A stretch of DNA of 64,000 nt from Microbacter sp. (GCA_049976245.1 JBMFIQ010000001.1:1265-65264); one strand, 5' to 3'; shown: positions 1-10,872, numbered from the stretch's first letter. Notes: a model not told the origin generated them from the sequence alone. Numbers and translations: made by a program.

Positions 1-605
1 ATTTTCTCCACTGTTTTGGTTTCAAGTCTTCGAATGGCATCAGTCAATTGATATTCAAGCTCTTCGATGGATGCATTAAGATTTTCATCGCCGGTGTTGC
101 CGGGAATGTTGACCAATAAATTAACAGGAATGGTATCTTGATGAGCAATGATTTGAGCCCATGGGAAAATGATTTTTTCAATGGCTTTGCCGTTGGCATC
201 TTTTTCATAAACAGTAGTGGCATGCATTCCTTTTTTTTCGAGTGAAGCATACATCTTGATCTGTGCTTCGCTTGACGGTTGATCGGACGGATCAATAAAA
301 TGAACCGTAATCGGTTGCTTGGCATACACTTTCAATTCGTCGAGCAAATCGGCAGTGGCGCGTTTGAGGCGTAAAAATCCGACGTTTAAATCGCCCGCTA
401 AATAAACATTCACCTGCAATGGATCTTCTAACGTTTTCATCAGGTGTTGGGTGTTTTTTGACAAGGAAAATCGTTTTTCGGAAGTGAGATCGACTCTGAT
501 GAAATCGTGTTGCGAAAGCACATTGAACAAAACGATCAATCCAATGATGACCAAAGATTGAATCAGAAGGGATGTTTGAAACGATTTTTTCCAATAAAGA
601 CGCAT
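1..605 (-). CDS. gldG: GldG-like gliding-motility ABC-transporter auxiliary protein, N-terminal part (runs off the window start)
   Basis: Hand translation of the minus strand from ATG at 605-603 gives MRLYWKKSFQTSLLIQSLVIIGLIVLFNVLSQHDFIRVDLTSEKRFSLSKNTQHLMKTLEDPLQVNVYLAGDLNVGFLRLKRATADLLDELKVYAKQPITVH... and stays open to position 1. It has an N-terminal TM helix followed by the RxDLTxxKRFxLS pattern I associate with GldG/ABC_transp_aux. It is absent from the ORF track because there is no stop in the window. Confidence 0.6.
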   Translation of the reverse strand, partial: MRLYWKKSFQTSLLIQSLVIIGLIVLFNVLSQHDFIRVDLTSEKRFSLSKNTQHLMKTLEDPLQVNVYLAGDLNVGFLRLKRATADLLDELKVYAKQPITVHFIDPSDQPSSEAQIKMYASLEKKGMHATTVYEKDANGKAIEKIIFPWAQIIAHQDTIPVNLLVNIPGNTGDENLNASIEELEYQLTDAIRRLETKTVEK

Positions 606-766
606 AAAGTAAAGTGAGGTTAAGCTGTAATCAAAAATGGCTGCTTTTCACACATGAATGATGTGATAACTGTTTTTTTTGACGGATTAAAATGTTGCTC
701 ATTGTTCAGTGATTCACCATGAAGCATCACCAAGTTGAATCTTCGCTTCAGTTGATCGGCCTGGTA

Positions 767-1663
767 TTAGTCTATTTCGTTCATAATGAGCGGTATGCAT
801 TTTTCCAAACTGGTTTCCCAGTGTGCAATAGAAAGATGAAATGTATCTTTAAATTTCTGTTTGCTCAATACGCTGTAAAAAGGACGCGGCGCTTTGGCGG
901 GATAGGCTTCAGATGGGACTGGCTGAACGCGGCATTGAATATGGGCTAAACGATGAATGGTGACGGCAAAATCATACCAACTGCAAATGCCTTCGTTGGA
1001 ATAATGGTAAATGCCGGGCTTAAAATAGTCCGGATGCTCGATGCTTTGCCGGATGATTTCAAGGATGGCCGAGGCCAAATCGGCGGCATAAGTGGGAGTC
1101 CCAATTTGATCGTACACCACTTTGAGTATTTCTTTTTCGCGACCAAGTTTGATCATGGTTTTAACGAAGTTGTTTCCAAACGACGAATACAACCATGATG
1201 TTCGAAGAATGATTGACTCAGGGCAATGATCCAACATGGCTTGCTCTCCTTCAGCTTTTGATTTACCGTAAATGGTGTCAGGTGAAAGAGGCATTTCTTC
1301 GGTGTAAGGGCGAAAGGCTTTGCCGCTAAAAACATAATCGGTAGAGATGTGGATCATTTTGCTGCCGTGTGTGGCGGCAGCTTCGGCCAAATTGCGTACG
1401 GCATCCCGATTAATAGCATAACATCGTTCCGCATCCTCTTCGGCTTTGTCAACGGCCGTGTATGCGGCGCAATTCACAATAAATTGAACCGGTTGCTCTA
1501 TTAGAAACTCATTCAAGGCTTCTTTGTCGCAAATGTCTAACGTTTCGACATCGGTAAAAATAAAATGGAAATTCGGATAAGAGGTGACCAGTTGCCGCAA
1601 TTCATTTCCCAATTGTCCGTTGGCTCCTGTTATCAAAAGGTTTGTAATCATGTTGTTAATCAA
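767..1663 (-). CDS. rfbD: dTDP-4-dehydrorhamnose reductase
   Basis: 298-aa ORF with an N-terminal Rossmann motif LITGANGQLG and the SDR catalytic YGKSK. It lies directly downstream of rfbA and rfbC on the same strand. Confidence 0.9.
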   Translation of the reverse strand: MINNMITNLLITGANGQLGNELRQLVTSYPNFHFIFTDVETLDICDKEALNEFLIEQPVQFIVNCAAYTAVDKAEEDAERCYAINRDAVRNLAEAAATHGSKMIHISTDYVFSGKAFRPYTEEMPLSPDTIYGKSKAEGEQAMLDHCPESIILRTSWLYSSFGNNFVKTMIKLGREKEILKVVYDQIGTPTYAADLASAILEIIRQSIEHPDYFKPGIYHYSNEGICSWYDFAVTIHRLAHIQCRVQPVPSEAYPAKAPRPFYSVLSKQKFKDTFHLSIAHWETSLEKCIPLIMNEID

Positions 1664-1685
1664 TGATTCGTTCAGGATTTCTTTA

Positions 1686-2252
1686 TCACTTTTTCGCTTT
1701 GTAGGTGAAATTCATTTCTGCTTCATCGAACAACGGATGTTTTCGATCTTTAACTGAAACAATGGCTTGATCAACGGGGATTTTCCAGTCAATGGCCAAA
1801 TCAGGATCATCAAAACGGATGCCTCGCTCATGTGCTTGATGATAGTATTGATCGCATTTATAACTGAAAATGGCCATCGGACTTAACACCGAAAATCCAT
1901 GTGCAAATCCTTTGGGAATGAGAAATTGAGTTTTGTTCTCATCGGAAAGTTCAATGCCAAACCATTGTTTGAATGTGGGCGATCCTTTGCGCAAATCCAC
2001 CGCAACATCCCAAACTTTTCCGTAGATTACGGAAACTAATTTTGTTTGAGCGTCCGGCTCAAGCTGATAATGAAGTCCACGAACGACGCCGTATGTTGAT
2101 TGAGATAAGTTGTCTTGACAAAAATCCAAATCAATGCCATGTTCCATCAATCGTTTTTTGTTGTAATGCTCCATGAAGAAGCCTCGTTCGTCCTTAAAAA
2201 AGCGGTTTTGTATGATCAATAAATCCGGTATGGCTGTTTTGATGATTTCCAT
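1686..2252 (-). CDS. rfbC: dTDP-4-dehydrorhamnose 3,5-epimerase
   Basis: 188-aa ORF with cupin-type RmlC motifs (RGLHYQ, KLVSVIYGKVWDVAVDLR, IPKGFAHGF). Confidence 0.92.
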   Translation of the reverse strand: MEIIKTAIPDLLIIQNRFFKDERGFFMEHYNKKRLMEHGIDLDFCQDNLSQSTYGVVRGLHYQLEPDAQTKLVSVIYGKVWDVAVDLRKGSPTFKQWFGIELSDENKTQFLIPKGFAHGFSVLSPMAIFSYKCDQYYHQAHERGIRFDDPDLAIDWKIPVDQAIVSVKDRKHPLFDEAEMNFTYKAKK

Positions 2253-2339
2253 TCGCTGTTTTTTGTTTTTATGCGGAAAAAAGGTTTAAAATGCTCTTTT
2301 TCTAAAGTTTAGATCGCTTGCTGTGCCCTTCATGACTAT

Positions 2340-3215
2340 TTATTCCTTTGTTTCGTTGGCCAGACGAATTAAATAGGATCCGTATTGATTTTTGAGCAGT
2401 GGTTGTGCCAGCTCAATCAACTGAATTCGGTCAATGAACCCCATTCGATAAGCAATTTCTTCGATACAGGCCACTTTCAGTCCTTGCCGCTTTTCAATGG
2501 TGGCAATGTAGTTGGATGCTTCAAGCAAACTGTCGTGCGTGCCGGTGTCGAGCCATGCCATGCCGCGTCCGAGCATTTTCAGATAGAGCCTGTTTTCGGC
2601 TAAATAAATCTTGTTGAGGTCTGTAATTTCCAATTCACCTCGTTTTGACGGTTTGAGTTGCTTGGCTTTTTCGCTCACGTCATCGCCGTAGAAATAAAGT
2701 CCCGTGACGGCATAATTGGATTTGGGATTAGCCGGCTTTTCTTCCAAACTCAACACATTGCCCTGTGCATCAAATTCAGCCACGCCATAACGTTCGGGAT
2801 CATTTACGTAATAGCCAAAAATAATGGCTCCGTTCTGCAAACTTGATGCCTCAATAAGTTGTGAGGAGAAGTTGTATCCGTAAAAAATATTGTCCCCCAA
2901 AATCATGCACACCGGCTCACGATTGATGAATGATTCGCCAATGATGAAGGCCTGTGCCAAACCGTCGGGAGATGGCTGAACGGCATATTGAACGGAAAGT
3001 CCCAGTGACGATCCGTCTTCGAATAACTCTTGGTAAAGATGAATGTCCTGTGGCGTGGAAATGATTAATATTTCACGAATGCCCGACAACATCAACACCG
3101 ACAACGGATAGTAAATCATTGGTTTGTCGTAAACCGGAATGATCTGTTTTGAAATGCTTTTAGTGGCCGGATAAAGTCGCGTGCCGGAGCCGCCTGCTAA
3201 AATGATGCCTTTCAT
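2340..3215 (-). CDS. rfbA: glucose-1-phosphate thymidylyltransferase
   Basis: 291-aa ORF. The N-terminal [18 protein letters not shown] nucleotidyltransferase signature and overall RmlA-like sequence support the call. Confidence 0.93.
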   Translation of the reverse strand: MKGIILAGGSGTRLYPATKSISKQIIPVYDKPMIYYPLSVLMLSGIREILIISTPQDIHLYQELFEDGSSLGLSVQYAVQPSPDGLAQAFIIGESFINREPVCMILGDNIFYGYNFSSQLIEASSLQNGAIIFGYYVNDPERYGVAEFDAQGNVLSLEEKPANPKSNYAVTGLYFYGDDVSEKAKQLKPSKRGELEITDLNKIYLAENRLYLKMLGRGMAWLDTGTHDSLLEASNYIATIEKRQGLKVACIEEIAYRMGFIDRIQLIELAQPLLKNQYGSYLIRLANETKE

Positions 3216-3374
3216 CTGTTTGTGTTTTTATTTGATTTTCAATGCTTTGATGTTTGCTGAAAAATGTATGCGACAAAAATTTTCAATGACATTTCGTCAA
3301 TGATCCTCAACAACTTGTTGCAAAGGTATGTAAATCATTTGATGATTGAGAAATTTTCAAATCGTTTTTGCAGG

Positions 3375-3899
3375 TTACCAGCCAAAAGCCAACTCATCGT
3401 CCATCCATTTGCCTTGTGCTTTCATCACTTGTTCCAAGATGTCGCGGGCACATCCTTCACCTCCCATGTAGGGCGAAACATACACCGAAATGGCTTTGAT
3501 ATCGGGTGTGGCATCGGCAGGGCAAACAGGCAGTCCGACATAGTTCATCACATGATAATCGGGAATGTCGTCTCCCATGTAGATCACCTGTTGCTTGTCC
3601 AATCCGTATTTATGGAGAAAATGAATCAAATCGTCCATTTTTCTTTTGGATGACATGTAAATGTCTTTTACGCCGAGACGTTCAAATCGAACACGAACGG
3701 CTGGTGAGTTGCCGCCCGTGATGATGGCAACATGAAGTCCTTTTTTGACGGCATGTTGAATGGCATATCCGTCTTTGATGTTGACCATTCGCATAGGTTC
3801 GCCGTCGGGATAAAGTGGTATGGTAGAATGAGATAAAACGCCGTCCACATCAAATACCAGCGCTTTGACCTGAGATAATTGCTCCTTGAATTGTGCCAT
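3375..3899 (-). CDS. kdsC: KdsC-family HAD phosphatase (3-deoxy-D-manno-octulosonate 8-phosphate phosphatase)
   Basis: 174-aa ORF with HAD motif I (FDVDGVL), the late motif GDDIPD, and a size typical of KdsC. Confidence 0.8.
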   Translation of the reverse strand: MAQFKEQLSQVKALVFDVDGVLSHSTIPLYPDGEPMRMVNIKDGYAIQHAVKKGLHVAIITGGNSPAVRVRFERLGVKDIYMSSKRKMDDLIHFLHKYGLDKQQVIYMGDDIPDYHVMNYVGLPVCPADATPDIKAISVYVSPYMGGEGCARDILEQVMKAQGKWMDDELAFGW

Positions 3900-3971
3900 G
3901 ATGATTTTGCGGTTGTGTGGGTTGTTGAAACAAAAGAAGAATGAGTTTCTGAACGAGCGATGTAATTCAAT

Positions 3972-4014
3972 AAAAAAAGGCCAATGGTTTGTTTGTCAAA
4001 CTACCGGCCTTTTG
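3972..4014 (-). terminator. candidate intrinsic terminator downstream of tRNA-Gln
   Basis: On the minus strand, an imperfect GGCC..GGTAGTTTG / CAAACCATTGGCC hairpin is followed by a T7 run (plus-strand A-run at 3972-3978). Confidence 0.4.
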
Positions 4015-4020
4015 TGAACG

Positions 4021-4091
4021 TTGTCCCGCGAAGATTCGAACTCAGACTAACAGAACCAAAATCTGCTGTGCTACCATTACACCACGGGACA
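4021..4091 (-). tRNA. tRNA-Gln (anticodon TTG)
   Basis: The reverse complement folds by hand into a cloverleaf. The acceptor stem is TGTCCCG/CGGGACA (U1:A72, as in bacterial tRNA-Gln). The anticodon stem is GCAGA/TCTGT with loop TTTTGGT (anticodon TTG). The T-loop is TTCGAAT. No CCA is encoded. Confidence 0.9.
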
Positions 4092-4232
4092 AAAGAGTTT
4101 TTCGCTTAAAAGTGGTGCAAAGTTAATGGATTTCTATGTTTCTGCAAAATATTTTGGCAAAAAAAATAATCCTTTGCTTTTTGTCGCTCTTAAATAACTG
4201 AAGATCTTTCGATTGGGATTTTGTCTTCGTTG

Positions 4233-5552
4233 TTAATCATCTTCCGTGTATTCAGGTTCGGTCACGGCAACTGTGCTATCCGTGTGTTTCAATTGTTTTT
4301 CTAATTCCGAAATTTTAAGTTCCTGATTGTATATTGTTGTAAGCAATGCATTTAATTCTTCATTGTCGATACTAGAAGGATATTGTTCGTTGACCCTACT
4401 CATGAAGTCGGACAACACATTCATGAAATTGGTAAAAGCGGCGAATGGTGATTCGTAGTTTGGCCATACGTTGAAGCTGTTCCATGGTTTTGTGGTCATA
4501 AAATGGAAATGGTCGGAACATTGCAGACAGAGCCAGTCGTGTTTGATACTTCGATCGGAGCAGAGTCTGACGCGTTCGCCCTGATTGTAAAGTTTTTGCA
4601 ATGCTTCTGTTTGCATGATGTTCCCGGTCCAATGACTTACATCTTTTTCCTCACCGCTCCACGATTGAGGATATTGTAGGGTGATGGAAGAAATCGGGTT
4701 GTATTTTTTGGTAATTTCGGCAGGTGTCGAAAAAGTGATGCGATTGGCTAAAGCATGAAAAGGAATGGCGCGCATAAAATCAAAGATGCCGCTCTCTGCT
4801 TTTTGTCGTTCTCCAAAAGTGGGATAACCCATGAAAAGGTTGAAAATTTGTTCTGATGGATCGGTTGATTTAATCCAGTTCATCAGTTTTTCGGCGGTCA
4901 ATGGGAAGTCGCTCCAGCTTCGATCTGAAAATCGAAAGCCGATGTCGTCACTTAACCGCATGTTTCTTACTAATATTTTTAATTCGGGAATCGTTGGATG
5001 ACCATACATGAAATTGGGACTTTTCCATCCCAAAACTTGTTTTGACCCTTCTGTCAGGATGGTTTTAAATCCCATGCTGTGAACCACTTCACCAATTTCA
5101 TCCGAATAAATCATTTCCGTGTTTCGAAATGTGGTGGGCTTGACACCAAAGAGCTCGTTCATCAGATTGGAATGTTGTTCAACCTGTTGAATGAATTCAT
5201 CCACATCAAAAAGTGAAGCCAGCGAGTGTGCATAAGGTTCGGCAATAAATTCCACGTTGCCTGTATTGGCCAATTCCACGAAACTTTCAATGACTTCGGG
5301 AGCAAATTGCTCAAACATCTCAATGCTTAAGCCTGAAATGGAAACTGCTGCCTTAAATTTCCCTTTCGATGTTTTGATCAATTCTAACAGCAACCGATTG
5401 GTTGGCAAAATGGACGTTTGAGCTAAATGCTGCACATTGGATTCGTTGGCGAAATCGTCGAAATAATAGTGATCTTGTCCGATTTCTAAAAATCGGTATC
5501 GCCTCAATAGCATGGGGATGTGCAATTGGAAATAGAAGCAAATTGTTTTCAT
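4233..5552 (-). CDS. glycoside hydrolase family 57 protein (alpha-amylase/branching-enzyme-like)
   Basis: ORF track 4233..5648. The likely true start is the internal ATG at 5552 (MKTICFYFQLHIPMLLRRYRF...), which matches the GH57 N-terminal pattern (F.FH.P...R). Confidence 0.75.
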   Translation of the reverse strand: MKTICFYFQLHIPMLLRRYRFLEIGQDHYYFDDFANESNVQHLAQTSILPTNRLLLELIKTSKGKFKAAVSISGLSIEMFEQFAPEVIESFVELANTGNVEFIAEPYAHSLASLFDVDEFIQQVEQHSNLMNELFGVKPTTFRNTEMIYSDEIGEVVHSMGFKTILTEGSKQVLGWKSPNFMYGHPTIPELKILVRNMRLSDDIGFRFSDRSWSDFPLTAEKLMNWIKSTDPSEQIFNLFMGYPTFGERQKAESGIFDFMRAIPFHALANRITFSTPAEITKKYNPISSITLQYPQSWSGEEKDVSHWTGNIMQTEALQKLYNQGERVRLCSDRSIKHDWLCLQCSDHFHFMTTKPWNSFNVWPNYESPFAAFTNFMNVLSDFMSRVNEQYPSSIDNEELNALLTTIYNQELKISELEKQLKHTDSTVAVTEPEYTEDD

Positions 5553-5700
5553 TGCAAAAGGATTTTGGATGAAAAATGGATGATGTTGACGGGAAACGAT
5601 TGCACCATCTTCGCAAAAGTAGTTTATTTTTGAGCAAATCGCAAACAAAAAATGACATTCATGTTGTCACAAATGTCATTTTCTATTTTTTCTTCCATTT

Positions 5701-6828
5701 TTACAATGATTTGATAAACGCTCTTCTGGTCTTAACATGCTTTGTTTCAAAGCTATCCCATAGTGTGGATACTTTTTGATTGGTTTCCAGTTCGGGATTG
5801 CTTTCGGCATACTGAAATCCGGCTCGGGCATATTCGGGTATCAATTCGGCAAAGAGTAAAGCGCTGGCTCCTTTGGCTTGATAATCGGGGCGAACGGCCA
5901 TGAGGTACAAATCCACTACTTTGTTTTTGCCGTAAAGCGCCTTGAGTAAAAATAGAAATCCAAACGGGAAAAGTCTTCCTTTGGCTTTTTGGAGTGCTTT
6001 GGTCATGCTTGGCAGGGAAAATCCAAAAGCGACTACTTCATCTGCCTGATTCACGACAATGCGTACCAAGTTGGGACGGGCTAACGATAAATAGAGATTA
6101 ATGTAGAATTGGATTTGTTCGTTAGAGAGTGGTGAAAATCCGTATAAATCTTTATAACAAATATTTAAGAGATCAAAAATCTTTTTGCCGTAGTTTTTGG
6201 CTAAAGGTTTAATGGATCGAAACCGGAGTGCCTGCAATTGGTGTTTTTCTTTGACTATCTTGGCAATGCGGAAATGTTTTTCGGGAAAAACTTTGGGTAT
6301 TTGAATGTTATATTCTTTCCAGTCAATGTCTTTTTGATAACCTAAGGCGGCCAAATGTTGAGGGTAATAGGGGAAATTATAATTAGTAGCCATTGTTCCC
6401 GGCTTGTCAAAACCTTCCACCAGCATGCCTTCCCGATCGAAATCAGTAAATCCTACCGGCCCGTGAATGGCTGTCATCTTTTTTTCTTTAGCCCAAGTTT
6501 CAACGGCATCAAGGAGGGCTTTGGTGACTTCCAAGTCATCAATCATGTCGAGCCAGCCAAAACGGGCATGTTGATAGTTCCAATGTTCATTGGTGCGATG
6601 ATTGATGATGCCTGCAACGCGACCAACCATTTTGTTGTCCTTGAACGCCATAAAATAACGTGCTTCGCAAAAAGCAAATGAAGGATTCTTCTCCTTGTTC
6701 AGTATAGTCATGTCATCCATCATCAACGGGGGCGCTGCATAAGGGTGATTGGAGTAGAGTCGAATGCCAAACAAAACAAATTGTTTGAGTTCTTTCCTTG
6801 TTTTAACTTCTCGAATTTCGACGGACAT
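5701..6828 (-). CDS. GNAT-type N-acetyltransferase family protein, specific function unknown
   Basis: 375-aa ORF. It resembles a conserved Bacteroidota GNAT-like family from memory, with an acyl-CoA-binding-like segment (YQAKGASALLFAEL). The substrate cannot be inferred. Confidence 0.55.
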   Translation of the reverse strand: MSVEIREVKTRKELKQFVLFGIRLYSNHPYAAPPLMMDDMTILNKEKNPSFAFCEARYFMAFKDNKMVGRVAGIINHRTNEHWNYQHARFGWLDMIDDLEVTKALLDAVETWAKEKKMTAIHGPVGFTDFDREGMLVEGFDKPGTMATNYNFPYYPQHLAALGYQKDIDWKEYNIQIPKVFPEKHFRIAKIVKEKHQLQALRFRSIKPLAKNYGKKIFDLLNICYKDLYGFSPLSNEQIQFYINLYLSLARPNLVRIVVNQADEVVAFGFSLPSMTKALQKAKGRLFPFGFLFLLKALYGKNKVVDLYLMAVRPDYQAKGASALLFAELIPEYARAGFQYAESNPELETNQKVSTLWDSFETKHVKTRRAFIKSL

Positions 6829-6931
6829 AATGCATTGTTAAGTGCCTGCAAAGTTAGTAAAAATCTTATAATCAAAAACAGACCATTCATTGGGTTGAAT
6901 GGTCTGTTTTTACATATTGTCAATCACTATT

Positions 6932-7984
6932 TTAATTATTTTCCGGCCGCAGTTTCCGCACCACAGCTCCAGCTTGCCACATCTCACTGTTGCGCAAAGC
7001 AGCCAATTCTTCTTCTAATTTTTTTCGATAATCGGGTTGACTGTTTGAATCAATGGATCGCTGGGCTTCGTTGCCGCTGGCTACTTCTTTGTACAATTTT
7101 TCAAAAACGGGTTTTGTGGCATCGCGGAAAGGTTTCCACCAGTCAAGTGCGCCGCGTTGGGCGGTAGTGGAGCAGTTGGCATACATCCAATCCATCCCGT
7201 TTTCGGCTACTAACGGCATCAACGACTGTGTCAATTCTTCAACGGTTTCATTGAAGGCTTCGGAGGGTGAATGTCCATTTGCACGAAGCACGTCATATTG
7301 TGCTGCAAAAATGCCTTGAATGGCTCCCATCAAAGTACCCCGTTCTCCGGTCAGATCCGAATAAACTTCACGTTGGAAAGTGGTTTCAAACAAATAACCC
7401 GACCCAACGCCAATTCCCAGTGAGACGACACGTTCATAGGCTTTGCCGGTGGCATCCTGAAAAATGGCGTAGGATGAATTCAATCCGCGTCCTTGCAAAA
7501 ACATGCGACGCAGGGAAGTTCCTGATCCTTTCGGTGCCACCAGAATGACATCCACATCAGCTGGTGGAATGATGTTGGTGCGTTCTTTGTAAGTGATGGC
7601 AAATCCATGTGAAAAATAAAGGGCTTTTCCTGCGGTAAGATGTTTTTTGACGGTTGGCCATACGGCAATTTGAGCTGCATCCGAAAGCAGGTATTGAATG
7701 ATGGTGCCTCGTTGGCATGCTTCTTCAATCTCAAATAATGTTTGTCCGGGCACCCAACCGTCAGCAACGGCCTTGTCCCATGTTTTTGAATCTTTGCGTT
7801 GCCCAACTATCACATTGAATCCGTTGTCGCGCAAATTCATGCTTTGTCCCGGCCCTTGAACGCCGTAACCAATCACTGCAATCACTTCGTTTTTCAGTAT
7901 ATCACGTGCTTTCTCCAATGGAAACTCTTCACGAGTGACCACATTTTCATTGACTCCTCCAAAATTCATTACTGCCATAATCAA
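6932..7984 (-). CDS. ilvC: ketol-acid reductoisomerase (class I)
   Basis: 350-aa ORF with NFGG..VV.REEFPLEKAR and the NADP-binding GYGVQGPGQSMNLRDNG. The real start may be one of the ATGs a few codons downstream (MAVMNFGG). Confidence 0.93.
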   Translation of the reverse strand: MIMAVMNFGGVNENVVTREEFPLEKARDILKNEVIAVIGYGVQGPGQSMNLRDNGFNVIVGQRKDSKTWDKAVADGWVPGQTLFEIEEACQRGTIIQYLLSDAAQIAVWPTVKKHLTAGKALYFSHGFAITYKERTNIIPPADVDVILVAPKGSGTSLRRMFLQGRGLNSSYAIFQDATGKAYERVVSLGIGVGSGYLFETTFQREVYSDLTGERGTLMGAIQGIFAAQYDVLRANGHSPSEAFNETVEELTQSLMPLVAENGMDWMYANCSTTAQRGALDWWKPFRDATKPVFEKLYKEVASGNEAQRSIDSNSQPDYRKKLEEELAALRNSEMWQAGAVVRKLRPENN

Positions 7985-8015
7985 TAGTATTTAGTGGTTG
8001 ATAAAAGTTGATCCG

Positions 8016-8750
8016 TTATTTATATTTATTAATCCATTGTATTTGAATCTTACACAGCAATTCATCCTCCCGTTTCATTTCAAATAAATCTTTCAGTCCC
8101 TCCTGTTGTCGGTAGATGTTGATTTGATCTCCGTACATGGCTTCGTGAAGGAAATTGATGTCGAATCGCTGTATGGCATGATGGTTATACCAATCAATGG
8201 AATATTCGTTCAATATCCATTGTAAATATTTCATGCTGTTGACATGCTTGTTAAAGTCAATGTCGCTGTATTGTACTTTGCGAGTTGTGATGGGTGAGGA
8301 TGCTATCGAAGGAAGTTTTGCAACCATTTTCATTGGGATCGGGTTTCCGCTGATGTAATGCGTCAATGTCGGCAATTTGCCGAGATCGACCGGTTTACGA
8401 TGGGTCAAATCAATCATGGCCCAATTGGTTCCTGAATATGCAATCACCTGATCTTGTTCGTCAAAAACGGCAAAATTTCGTGTGGTGGTGGCTGCGCGTA
8501 TGCTTTCAATCCATGTCTTAATGGAAATGCGTTCATACATGGTTGGCATACGAATGATTTCAACAGCCATACGAATCAACACCCAGGTGTAATTTTCTCT
8601 GTTTAATTCTCTCACACCAAAACCGTTGTCGTCTGCATTTTTCCCGGCTGCCTGCAAAATGTAATCACCCAATGATGATGCGTATATGTGTTCGGTAAAA
8701 TCTCCGTCCTGTGGTTGCATCTGGAATGAATAGTGTCCGATCAATCCCAT
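8016..8750 (-). CDS. acyl-[acyl-carrier-protein] thioesterase
   Basis: 244-aa ORF of double hot-dog FatA/B-like size and sequence. The position upstream of ilvC matches the arrangement I recall in Bacteroides ilv loci. Confidence 0.7.
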   Translation of the reverse strand: MGLIGHYSFQMQPQDGDFTEHIYASSLGDYILQAAGKNADDNGFGVRELNRENYTWVLIRMAVEIIRMPTMYERISIKTWIESIRAATTTRNFAVFDEQDQVIAYSGTNWAMIDLTHRKPVDLGKLPTLTHYISGNPIPMKMVAKLPSIASSPITTRKVQYSDIDFNKHVNSMKYLQWILNEYSIDWYNHHAIQRFDINFLHEAMYGDQINIYRQQEGLKDLFEMKREDELLCKIQIQWINKYK

Positions 8751-8824
8751 GATTTTTGCGCTTTGTTCTTACAAAAATGTTATTTTGTGAGGTTTTTGGT
8801 ATAAAAACATGCTAATTTAGGATG

Positions 8825-8832
8825 CAAAGGTA
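8825..8832 (-). promoter_or_regulatory. Bacteroidota sigma-A -7 box (TACCTTTG) for the thioesterase-ilvC unit
   Basis: Exact TAnnTTTG match on the minus strand, 75 nt upstream of the 8750 start. Confidence 0.45.
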
Positions 8833-8976
8833 AATAATATTAAGCAAAGAGCGTCTTTTTGTCATGCACTTTTTTTCTTGATGCTTGTTTTTCTTGTTTT
8901 GTCAAGCATGGAACGTCTTTAAAAATATGGATAAGGCACTGAATATAAAAACCATATGGTTTTATTTGGCCTTGTA

Positions 8977-10872
8977 TTATTTTTTATGTATTTTCTTATT
9001 CGGTTTTTGCTTTTCGTAGGTGTCATCCCGATATGTTGTGTGAACATTTTTCCCAATCAGTTTGTCAATTAAATCGGGGCGACCAGTTTTTCTCAATTCG
9101 TTTCTAATCACGTTTTGAGCCGTCGGTTTATACCAAAAGAAGAATTGTTGTTGTGCCATTTTTTCCTGAGGAAGTTTGGCGGTTTTGACTGCTTCTCCGG
9201 TGTAAGGGTTGATTCCTGTATAAAACATTTCGGTGGAAAGGGTCATTGGTGTTGGGGTAAAATCCTGCACCTGTTCCAGTTTGAAATCCATTGATTTGGT
9301 GATGATGGCCAATTCGGCCATGTCAATGTTTGAACAACCCGGATGACTTGAAATAAAATAAGGAATAAGTTGTTGATTGAGATTGGCTTTTCGGTTGATG
9401 GCTTCAAATTTTTGTTGAAATTTTCTGAACAAATCAAACGAAGGTTTTCGCATGAGTGCAAGCACTTTGGTCGAGGTGTGTTCGGGTGCAACTTTCAAAC
9501 GGCCTGATACATGATGTCGGATGACTTCATCCAAGTATTCATTTAGGCTGTTGACATTTTCGTCGTGATCGTCATCCGATAGCAGCAAATCATAACGAAT
9601 GCCACTGCCGATAAAACTTTTTTTGATGTAAGGCAGTTGATCTACTTTGCGGTATAGCTTGGTCATGCGGGAATGATCCCGATCTAAATTTTTGCAAATG
9701 TGAGGAAAGATGCACGATGGTCGTTTACAGGTCTTGCATAGGTTCAAATCTTTTCCTTTTAATCCGTACATATTGGCAGAAGGGCCTCCAAGATCGGTCA
9801 GAATTCCTTTGAAATTGGGCAATTCACTAATTTTCTTTATTTCTTTGAAAATGGATGCTTCAGATCGTGACAAAACCTGCTTTCCTTGGTGCATTGATAT
9901 GGTGCAAAAAGAGCATCCTCCAAAACACCCGCGATGTGTGTTGACCGAAAAACGAATCATTTCGTAGGCGGGAATTCGTTTGTCTTTGTATCTCGGATGA
10001 GGCAATCGGGTAAAAGGCAATGCATATGTAGCATCGATCTCTTCCTGTGACCAGGTTTCATACGGTGGATTTACCACAATGAGCCGATTATCGCACTGTT
10101 GGAGTAAACGGGCTGCCACCATTTTGTTGGATTCTTCTTCAATGATTTTGAAATTTGCAGCCGAATGACGTTTGTCGATCAGACATTTTTCATGTGAAAA
10201 CAAAGATATCGTTTCGCCGGCTAATGGCTGAACGGATGATTTGACATCCACACAAAATCCGGTTTGAGGAATGGTTTGAAGTGCTTGAATGGGTTGGCCT
10301 GAGTTTAATGCTTTGGCAATGGCGATGATCGACTTTTCGCCCATTCCGTAAACAAGCATATCGGCTTTGCTGTCAATCAGTATGCTTTTCCTAAGTTGAT
10401 CTGACCAGTAATCGTAATGGGTAAACCGCCTCATGGATGCTTCTATGCCTCCGATGATGACGGGAACGTCGGGGAAGAGCTTTTTTAGAATAGTGGAGTA
10501 CACAATGGTCGTGTAGTCAGGTCTAAATCCGGACACGCCCCCCGGAGTGTAGGCGTCGTTGGAGCGCAATCTTTTGTTGGCGGTGTAATGATTGACCATA
10601 GAATCCATGCATCCGGCCGAAATGCCGAAAAATAGTCTTGGAGTTCCCAACTTTTTGAAATCTCGGAGGTCGTCTCTCCAGTTTGGTTGTGGAACAATGG
10701 CCACGCGAAGGCCTTGTGCTTCAAGGACACGGCCAATGACGGCAGCTCCAAAAGAAGGATGATCAACATACGCATCCCCCGAAAACAGAATCACGTCCAA
10801 TTCCGTCCAACCTCTTTGCTCCACCTCTTTTTTGGATGTGGGCAGCCAAATATGTTCTTCTTTTTTGTTCAA
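8977..10872 (-). CDS. ygiQ: YgiQ-family radical SAM protein (UPF0313)
   Basis: 631-aa ORF with the N-terminal LPTSKKEVEQRGW..LDVILFSGDAYVDHPSFG pattern and the radical-SAM cluster CFGGCSFC. Confidence 0.85.
   Translation of the reverse strand: MNKKEEHIWLPTSKKEVEQRGWTELDVILFSGDAYVDHPSFGAAVIGRVLEAQGLRVAIVPQPNWRDDLRDFKKLGTPRLFFGISAGCMDSMVNHYTANKRLRSNDAYTPGGVSGFRPDYTTIVYSTILKKLFPDVPVIIGGIEASMRRFTHYDYWSDQLRKSILIDSKADMLVYGMGEKSIIAIAKALNSGQPIQALQTIPQTGFCVDVKSSVQPLAGETISLFSHEKCLIDKRHSAANFKIIEEESNKMVAARLLQQCDNRLIVVNPPYETWSQEEIDATYALPFTRLPHPRYKDKRIPAYEMIRFSVNTHRGCFGGCSFCTISMHQGKQVLSRSEASIFKEIKKISELPNFKGILTDLGGPSANMYGLKGKDLNLCKTCKRPSCIFPHICKNLDRDHSRMTKLYRKVDQLPYIKKSFIGSGIRYDLLLSDDDHDENVNSLNEYLDEVIRHHVSGRLKVAPEHTSTKVLALMRKPSFDLFRKFQQKFEAINRKANLNQQLIPYFISSHPGCSNIDMAELAIITKSMDFKLEQVQDFTPTPMTLSTEMFYTGINPYTGEAVKTAKLPQEKMAQQQFFFWYKPTAQNVIRNELRKTGRPDLIDKLIGKNVHTTYRDDTYEKQKPNKKIHKK

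Noticed and set aside
44-594. ORF-track entries 44..325 and 292..594 on the minus strand
   Set aside because: They are alternative-frame shadows of the real, edge-truncated GldG-like reading frame (1..605, minus). Their translations are low-complexity and Arg/His-rich with no recognisable motifs.
767-3215. rfbA-rfbC-rfbD lacking rfbB (dTDP-glucose 4,6-dehydratase) as an anomaly
   Set aside because: rmlB is often encoded elsewhere in Bacteroidota genomes. Absence from a 64-kb window is not evidence of pathway loss.
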